DNA from: Cyanobacteria bacterium P01_D01_bin.156
GTDB lineage: Bacteria; Cyanobacteriota; Cyanobacteriia; Phormidesmidales; Phormidesmidaceae
NCBI GenBank assembly: GCA_039024555.1
Contig: JBCCQQ010000077.1
Location: forward strand, 1-25,757
Direction of reading: 5' to 3'
Length of the DNA: 25,757 bases
Below, piece after piece: positions 10,589 to 16,595 of this stretch. Position 1 is the first letter of the stretch, and every line of letters starts with the position of its first letter. Under the pieces are notes generated by a model. The model made no database searches, was not told the origin of the DNA, and saw only the letters and a list, made by a program, of their open reading frames with translations. The translations under genes were made by a program, and so were the position numbers.

Positions 10589-11383
10589 ATGGCACAAGCA
10601 GGACAGATTACTTGGTTGGATGTCAATAGCTGGCAGTTTGAACTGGCTGGACGGTGCATTTTGGTTGATCCATGGTTAGTGGGAGATCTCGTTTTTGGCA
10701 GTAACCTAGGCTGGTTAATTCGCGGTGTGCGGCCCCAGCCGGTGACCATTCCGCCAGTCATTGATTTACTCTTGCTGTCCCAAGGTTTGGCCGACCACGC
10801 CCATCCTCAGACCTTGGAAATGTTAGATAACTCTATTCCGGTGGTAGCTTCTGTGGCCGGGGCCAAGGTGGCAACGGAAAAGGGCTTTACCCAGGTAACA
10901 GCCCTCAACCCCGGTGAGAGCTACTCCCTGGATGATGATGTGATGATTGAAGCATTGCCGGGGGCTCCTGTCGGTCCCTTGGCAACGGAAAATGCCTATA
11001 TCCTGACGGTAAAAAGCACAGGGTTGCGAATTTACTATGAACCCCACGGTTACCCGGATGCAAGCCTAGGGCAACGCCCCCCGGTAGATGTGGCCATTAC
11101 TCCTTTGGTGAGCCTGATGCTGCCAGTATTGGGGCCAGTGATTCGGGGGGGAGTGGGGGCGTTGGAGCTCGCCCAAACGTCAAAACCCCAATGGTTATTG
11201 CCCACTGCCGATGGTGGGGATGTGACCTATGAAGGGGTAGTGGCGAAGCTATTGACGGCAAAGGGGGGTGTGGAGTCGGTGCGATCGCAGCTAGCTGAGG
11301 CCAACCTAGCAACGGAAATCAAAGCCCTACGCCCCATGGAATCTCTCATTCTGGACTTAACTCCCCAGGCCGCTCTAGTCTAG
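10589..11383 (+). CDS. MBL-fold metallo-hydrolase (cyanobacterial/plant type)
   Basis: ILVDPWLVG, SQGLADHAH, YYEPHG motifs; GGAGG/GAGG upstream. Confidence 0.85.
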   Translation: MAQAGQITWLDVNSWQFELAGRCILVDPWLVGDLVFGSNLGWLIRGVRPQPVTIPPVIDLLLLSQGLADHAHPQTLEMLDNSIPVVASVAGAKVATEKGFTQVTALNPGESYSLDDDVMIEALPGAPVGPLATENAYILTVKSTGLRIYYEPHGYPDASLGQRPPVDVAITPLVSLMLPVLGPVIRGGVGALELAQTSKPQWLLPTADGGDVTYEGVVAKLLTAKGGVESVRSQLAEANLATEIKALRPMESLILDLTPQAALV

Positions 11384-11397
11384 CTACAGCATCTTCT

Positions 11398-11850
11398 ATG
11401 CCCCCAATTATCAAGTTCAAAAAACTCTCCCCGGCAGCCATTATCCCCAGCTATACCCATCCGGGGGATGCTGGGGCTGATTTAACAGCTGTTGAACACC
11501 ACCACCTGGCACCGCTGCAGCGGATAGCCATACCGACAGGACTAGCCGTTGAAATTCCCCAGGGATACGAGCTGCAGGTACGCCCCAAAAGCAGCCTAGC
11601 GCTGCACCATGGAATTACTTTGCTCAATGCACCGGGGACCGTGGATGCAGGCTATCGGGGAGAGATAAAGGTAATTTTGATCAACCTGGGACAGGATGTA
11701 TTTGAAATTAGTCCAGGCCAACGGATTGCCCAGATTGTCATTGCTCCTGTGATTCAAGCAGAGTTTACCGTGGTAGACACCTTGAGTGAATCCCAACGGG
11801 GAGCAGGCGGTTTTGGGTCCACTGGAAAGACCTACAGCAAGACCGAATAG
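11398..11850 (+). CDS. dut: Trimeric dUTP diphosphatase
   Basis: AGADL (motif I), RPKSSLA (variant motif II), GTVDAGYRGE (III), RIAQI (IV), RGAGGFGSTG (V). Confidence 0.95.
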   Translation: MPPIIKFKKLSPAAIIPSYTHPGDAGADLTAVEHHHLAPLQRIAIPTGLAVEIPQGYELQVRPKSSLALHHGITLLNAPGTVDAGYRGEIKVILINLGQDVFEISPGQRIAQIVIAPVIQAEFTVVDTLSESQRGAGGFGSTGKTYSKTE

Positions 11851-11950
11851 AAATTTGAGACTGGAAATCTGGGCTACGGTTAAGTTCGGAATTTGGAAGT
11901 CAGAATGAGAAGACGTCTTTAAAATCTTCTAATATCGCTGAATTCAGCCC

Positions 11951-12460
11951 CTAGAAATCGTCCAACACATCTGGATCAATGTCTTCATCATCCAGAATAT
12001 CCGCTATGGAAGCTGGGTTCGCATCAATCGTACGGGGCGGGGGAGTTACCTTTTTGATAACCGTATCGGCTGATAAAGGACCGTGGCCATTCGTCTCTTT
12101 ACCAGTGCTGGGCGTATTGCCTCCAAGAGATTCACTCAGCTTGGGACCGTAGGCTTCCCCAGATAAGAAATGTCGACGAATCTGAAAGATTCTAAACTCT
12201 AATTCGTCAATGGCCCCTCGGGCCAGCACCTGAGCTTCTTCTTTAGAAACGTCATCCTCATAGGCCCAGGGGAGATAGTAGGCTTTGAGGGCACGCACCA
12301 CAGACTCGCGCATATTGACCATTTTGTTATTACGCAGGTGCTCAACAATACGTCCCTCTACGGTATCTGGGTCAGAGCTAATGCTAAAGGACACCCGCTT
12401 TCTGGCTGGAGAGGAATCCTTAGGGGGGTCTTTTTTAGAGGTACTTTTCTTTTTAGCCAC
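11951..12460 (-). CDS. ParR-like partner of the actin-like ATPase (169 aa)
   Basis: GTG start overlaps the ATPase stop by 8 nt; basic N-terminus, strand RVSFSIS followed by helices (RHH-like by eye), low-complexity linker, acidic tail DILDDEDIDPDVLDDF. Confidence 0.65.
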   Translation of the reverse strand: MAKKKSTSKKDPPKDSSPARKRVSFSISSDPDTVEGRIVEHLRNNKMVNMRESVVRALKAYYLPWAYEDDVSKEEAQVLARGAIDELEFRIFQIRRHFLSGEAYGPKLSESLGGNTPSTGKETNGHGPLSADTVIKKVTPPPRTIDANPASIADILDDEDIDPDVLDDF

Positions 12461-13568
12461 GATGCTGCCCCGCAGTAAGTTTTTGGAACTTTAGTGCCAG
12501 CCATTTGGCTCCACCGTAGCAGTCGCAGAACCGCAGCTGATCGATATCAGTATCCAGCTCTAGGTTTGCAGCCACTTCATCCTGCAAATCTTCGAGCCAG
12601 TTTACGGTACAAAACGTGGAGCGTTCTTCAAAGTATTCCTCCAGTTCGTCCCGCAGTTGGGTAGCCGTTCCTCCACTGATGAGGACTTCATAGTTGGGAA
12701 CACTAACCGCCGCTAGCCATTCGTCCAAACGATATTTGACCACCTCCCAATAGTAGGCGGTGGCTTTTTCTTTCCGTTCTGCTAGTGAGTAGCCTTTCTT
12801 AGGACGATTGGGAAACACCACCCGTGATGCATTGTTGACCAGAGCATCATAGAGAAAAGGATCGTCGGAATTGCAGGGGAGATCTTGGGCCACTGCTTTT
12901 AATAGCTGCTGATAACCTAGACGTTCGGTACTGCTGGGCTCCCCCTGGGGAGGCCGACCGCCGTTAAATAGTAAAAAGCTCAGATCACGATGGCCAAACA
13001 TTAGCACCACAAAGGTTTTTTGGGAGCGTTCCTTTTGTTGCGATCGCTGTACCTTACGCCACTGCACCAACCCCGCTGCTTCCGGGAGCACCTTGACTTG
13101 ATTAAAGTCTAAAAAGATATCCTGCCCGCGGTAGGTAAACATCTTGTGTCCCAGGATCTCGCTGGTTAGCGCCTTATAATCCGTCAGATATTCATTGAAG
13201 GGTAGAGCTATACCCACATCTAACGTAATCTGCTCCAACTTATGCTGGTGGGCAAACTCACCAATGACCCCCAAGGCTCGAATATGGGCCAAGGCACTTT
13301 TAGGCAAACTGCTGGTAGCCTTATTGGGACGTCCCTGGGCATCAATACCAAGGGCATAGGCCGGGTTCTCTGGATCTAGCTGCAAATAGCTGACAGACTC
13401 TAGCCCAGATCCTAGCTGCTCGCCCTGGGCCTCAATAATTGTCAGCTCAGACGGAGGCATATCCGCCACCAACGGCGGACACTGATAGGCATAAAATCGC
13501 TCTCCATCATTGAGAACGGCCTTTGTACCGGAGCTACCTAAATCGATAAAGCATTGATATTTAGCCAT
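12453..13568 (-). CDS. ParM/StbA-family actin-like ATPase
   Basis: FIDLGSSGTK (phosphate 1), ALPFNEY, VLPEAAG (connect 1), LMFGHRD (phosphate 2, cyanobacterial type), ISGGTA (adenosine), RFCDCYG (connect 2); GGA upstream of ATG. Confidence 0.88.
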   Translation of the reverse strand: MAKYQCFIDLGSSGTKAVLNDGERFYAYQCPPLVADMPPSELTIIEAQGEQLGSGLESVSYLQLDPENPAYALGIDAQGRPNKATSSLPKSALAHIRALGVIGEFAHQHKLEQITLDVGIALPFNEYLTDYKALTSEILGHKMFTYRGQDIFLDFNQVKVLPEAAGLVQWRKVQRSQQKERSQKTFVVLMFGHRDLSFLLFNGGRPPQGEPSSTERLGYQQLLKAVAQDLPCNSDDPFLYDALVNNASRVVFPNRPKKGYSLAERKEKATAYYWEVVKYRLDEWLAAVSVPNYEVLISGGTATQLRDELEEYFEERSTFCTVNWLEDLQDEVAANLELDTDIDQLRFCDCYGGAKWLALKFQKLTAGQHRG

Positions 13569-13595
13569 GGAGATATGGACTGGAGTTTGTTAAGT

Positions 13596-13609
13596 AGTAC
13601 ATTAGTACG
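13596..13609. promoter_or_regulatory. Candidate cyanobacterial LexA box upstream of the parM-like gene
   Basis: AGTAC-ATT-AGTACG matches the recalled Anabaena consensus RGTAC-NNN-DGTWCB; lies 28-41 nt upstream of the ATG at 13568. Confidence 0.5.
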
Positions 13610-13772
13610 ATTTTCCAGTGAGCTTATTCTAATTCAGTGAGCGTTGACAATCTATCGCAGACGATACGTTTCGTAGATTGCCCAGCTACTACATATGGGG
13701 TCTGTATCTATATATACGTACCGTTAACGTCCAGGAAAACCGAGAAATATACTAGCAAAAGTTTAGGCCAAC

Positions 13773-13786
13773 CACTACATGTAGTG
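13773..13786. promoter_or_regulatory. 14-bp perfect palindrome in the divergent promoter region (candidate operator)
   Basis: CACTACATGTAGTG is its own reverse complement; the partial copy ACTACAT is also at 13688-13694. Confidence 0.35.
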
Positions 13787-13887
13787 TCTTAAACGGGCTA
13801 ACACCATAGCCATCATTGACAGAAGGGAAAGGCATAACTGCTTGTCTCAATGTAAGAACTACGTTTGGCCTAAAAGAGATGATTGTA

Positions 13888-14058
13888 ATGAATCAGAAAA
13901 AATTTCAGACGAAGACATCTAACAGTTTGTGGACAACCATTTCCAGCAACAATACAGAGACTATTGAAGGTGGCGGTGGCTGCGAATGGGTCACCTCAAG
14001 GCGATGGTGTTCAATGACAAAAAGAGTAATGCATATAACCTGGCTACATACTTGGTAG
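13888..14058 (+). CDS. Double-glycine-leader precursor peptide (56 aa), candidate RiPP/bacteriocin
   Basis: MNQKKFQTKTSNSLWTTISSNNTETIEGG|GGCEWVTSRRWCSMTKRVMHITWLHTW; Ile at -4 and -12 from the GG; AAGAG 9 nt before ATG 13888; strong hairpin after the stop. Confidence 0.65.
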   Translation: MNQKKFQTKTSNSLWTTISSNNTETIEGGGGCEWVTSRRWCSMTKRVMHITWLHTW

Positions 14059-14064
14059 TCTTTG

Positions 14065-14112
14065 AAGCTCTGATCAATCTGGAATTTAGCCTATTCCAGA
14101 TTGATCAGGCTT
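14065..14112 (+). terminator. Stem-loop directly after the precursor peptide gene
   Basis: CTGATCAATCTGGAAT (14070-14085) pairs perfectly with ATTCCAGATTGATCAG (14093-14108); 7-nt loop; extends via AAGC/GCTT. Confidence 0.7.
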
Positions 14113-14258
14113 TAAGTAAACCAAGTTTGCGATTAATGGCTCAACCTTAAGTCAAGGATTTGGATCATGGACTTTGCTATATCCTCCCCACTGACAGGGT
14201 GTTATTTCGCCTTGTATAAGTAAAGCTGCATCTACTACCTTTTGGGAAAGTAAAGTCT

Positions 14259-15050
14259 ATGGTTTTTGCTTCAATTACCCCCAGCTCCATAACCACAATT
14301 CAAGGTGAACCTGCTGTGCCTCTAGAGGCTATGCCCCTTAGCTGGCAGCATATTGCCACTGGGGATTGGATGAGTGAGCCCAAGGTGTACGTTGCTATGG
14401 CTCAGGTATTCCTTGCAAAACATCAGCAGGGAAATGTATTGTTTTGCGAGCGTCCGGCAGCGGCTCATCTGAAGGCCGCCTACTGTGAGGGAAATGGCCA
14501 ACTGGCCTATGAAGCTGTTGAACACTATGGGCAAGCTTTTTTGCCCGAGAGTTATCCAAACTTAAATGAGATTCGACAGCAGGTTGCTGCAACCACAGAA
14601 CAAACAGCCGAACGCTTAGCACTGGTAGATACTGTTATCGATTTGTTCGATGAGCTCGGTTATGACGTGCCTGCCACATTTTATTGGACATTCTTACATC
14701 CCCTACAGCGAGACAATGTGTTTGAAGTCCGTTCGTTTCGCTTTAGCGAACAGGATTTAGGAGTTGCTCGTCAGTTTGATGCAATTTTGCATGGAGGCTA
14801 TGTAACCATGCTGCGTCGATTGATTGACAGTATTTCTAGTCGCCATGGTTACTTTATCGAGCATGGCTGTGGCTGTGAAAATCACCTAGCAAAGCTAAAA
14901 CCTTGTGATTCAGCCTTTGACTATCAATTGCCAGCTGCCACCCGACGGAAAACCTTACGGGCCTTTTTCTGGAGCATTATGGAAGAGTATCTACTGTTTG
15001 AGCAACGGGCTGCTACCCGACTGGTCTACGCAGACAGTATGGATGGATAG
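14259..15050 (+). CDS. Hypothetical protein (263 aa) with EHGCGCENH motif
   Basis: Long ORF with protein-like composition, bounded by hairpins on both sides; no family recognised. Confidence 0.8.
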   Translation: MVFASITPSSITTIQGEPAVPLEAMPLSWQHIATGDWMSEPKVYVAMAQVFLAKHQQGNVLFCERPAAAHLKAAYCEGNGQLAYEAVEHYGQAFLPESYPNLNEIRQQVAATTEQTAERLALVDTVIDLFDELGYDVPATFYWTFLHPLQRDNVFEVRSFRFSEQDLGVARQFDAILHGGYVTMLRRLIDSISSRHGYFIEHGCGCENHLAKLKPCDSAFDYQLPAATRRKTLRAFFWSIMEEYLLFEQRAATRLVYADSMDG

Positions 15051-15075
15051 CAACTACCATTCATAGGAAAATATT

Positions 15076-15125
15076 AGCAATCAGGAGACTTTCTGAAAGT
15101 ACTTTCAGAAAGTCTCCTGATTGCT
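15076..15125. repeat. 50-bp perfect loopless palindrome between convergent genes (probable bidirectional terminator)
   Basis: AGCAATCAGGAGACTTTCTGAAAGT|ACTTTCAGAAAGTCTCCTGATTGCT. Confidence 0.85.
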
Positions 15126-15148
15126 TCAGATTCTGTTCTCTCTTCTAT

Positions 15149-15532
15149 TTACTTTGCCTTAGTCGATGCCAATATGGGCTTTATTGGGTTGACATCACCT
15201 GCATTACAGTAAACAGTCCAGAGACTATCATTACGATGGAGAAGTGAGCCCTGCTCAGTTATACAAATGGCTACGGAAGCATCTTCATTGGGGCCACGAA
15301 ACAGAGTGGCAGAGTGATGCTGGCAACCACCTAGCTCGTACTGATTGCAGGTAATTTCTAGCTCACAGGCAATAAACGTTTTCTCAAACGTGGCACAGTA
15401 ATCTCGAATATTATCTAGACTTTTTCGAACAAATTCTCGACGTTTTGATATGGGAAGCTTCTGGGCAATGACTAATGTTTCTTGTAATAGACGCCGTATG
15501 GTTTGTTTAACGTGATACATGGTCTCCACCAC
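15149..15532 (-). CDS. Hypothetical protein (about 123-127 aa), Cys-containing
   Basis: Globular-looking ORF with LFRGPNEDASVAICITEQGSLLHRN; alternative start ATG 15520. Confidence 0.7.
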   Translation of the reverse strand: MVETMYHVKQTIRRLLQETLVIAQKLPISKRREFVRKSLDNIRDYCATFEKTFIACELEITCNQYELGGCQHHSATLFRGPNEDASVAICITEQGSLLHRNDSLWTVYCNAGDVNPIKPILASTKAK

Positions 15533-15990
15533 CTAAAGAACTGCGGTGATGACCCTGATTTGTGCCGATGGTGTCTGACTACTTTTATAGCTGTGTATCC
15601 CTAATATCTTATCGAATAGAAGCATACTACTCGAAGACTGGAGAAACTCTCTTCATCTTGTATGGCTTTTGGCCTGTAAAAATAGAAGCAAAAACTGTTG
15701 CGAGAATGGGTACAGCAGCACTCAATCATCTACAAAAACTATCTAACCAAACTCTTATTAGCGTTAAGACAGATAGGGGGGAACAAAATTTAGTTTATAA
15801 AGTTTGTATGAACGATGTTTAAATTTCATTAAACCTCCTAAACCATGCACACTATAACAATTGTTTTTCGGGGTGGCAATGGCGGTGGATGGGTAACGTG
15901 TCGTGCTTGTTGATACAACAGATTGTCAAGTGTTCAACAAGCTATAGCACCCCAGCTGTAAGAGATTGCTAGCTAAGGTATGGAGTAAAA

Positions 15991-16485
15991 CTACTCAGAT
16001 CGTTGGGATGGTGGTAGCTGACCAATGAATTCAGTTAATTGTGTGCGAATGGATTGATGGGAATAAACGACATTTGGGTGGGCGTCCGTATTGGGTTTCT
16101 GAAAGTGGGGGCGTTCTCCGTTCATGTGGCCTAGCTCAATGGCAACCTGGCGTGCAAATGCGTACAAAATTTCCGGATTTGCCAGCATATCGAAAACAAT
16201 GACTCGTAGTGCCTCCAATGGAGTATCTAAATACTTGCCGATGCGTACATCATCTCTGATCCATTGTTTAAGGGAGGGTTTAAGGGCACCGTCCGGATCC
16301 TGCAAATATTGATCAATCCAGCCGTTAATAGCGGCTTTTGCCCGCAAGGGGCGAGGCACAGCTGCCTGGGAGCCTTTAAGAAATGAGCCGCCCTCACGGC
16401 CAATGGCTTCACTTAAACTAAACTTGCGCCCTAACTGAATTTCGCGTTGAAGATTGGATGGCAGCGGACTATCGGATGGAGGCAT
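15991..16485 (-). CDS. Conserved cyanobacterial hypothetical protein (164 aa)
   Basis: RKFSLSEAIGREGGSFLKG, D.DGAL, ERPHFQ.P....HP...Y.H.S motifs resemble a recalled cyanobacterial family. Confidence 0.75.
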   Translation of the reverse strand: MPPSDSPLPSNLQREIQLGRKFSLSEAIGREGGSFLKGSQAAVPRPLRAKAAINGWIDQYLQDPDGALKPSLKQWIRDDVRIGKYLDTPLEALRVIVFDMLANPEILYAFARQVAIELGHMNGERPHFQKPNTDAHPNVVYSHQSIRTQLTEFIGQLPPSQRSE

Positions 16486-16595
16486 TAGCTATAGGAAATG
16501 TCTAAATTTAAGATACCAAAGCTGCGTTAGTATCGCGGCAAGGCTATTGTGCAAATGCGAATGGCCGTTGCTAGTGAGCCAGCGCACCCAAGGTT

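Noticed and set aside
10435..10761. 108-aa minus-strand ORF and the other short ORFs overlapping long genes (e.g. 7928-8239, 21522-21917, 23189-23542, 25197-25499)
   Set aside because: Shadow frames of well-supported CDSs with no motifs
11851..11915. Degenerate GAAATTT/GAAATCT/GGAATTT words downstream of the parR-like gene as a possible parC
   Set aside because: Too irregular and too few to call an iteron array
13816..13887. ORF-track N-terminal extension (TTG start) of the precursor peptide
   Set aside because: No RBS; ATG 13888 has AAGAG at suitable spacing and gives a typical leader length (ATG 13879 is also possible)
15562..15822. 86-aa plus-strand ORF in an AT-rich gap
   Set aside because: GTG start without RBS, no recognisable features, and it covers the likely promoter of the 127-aa gene
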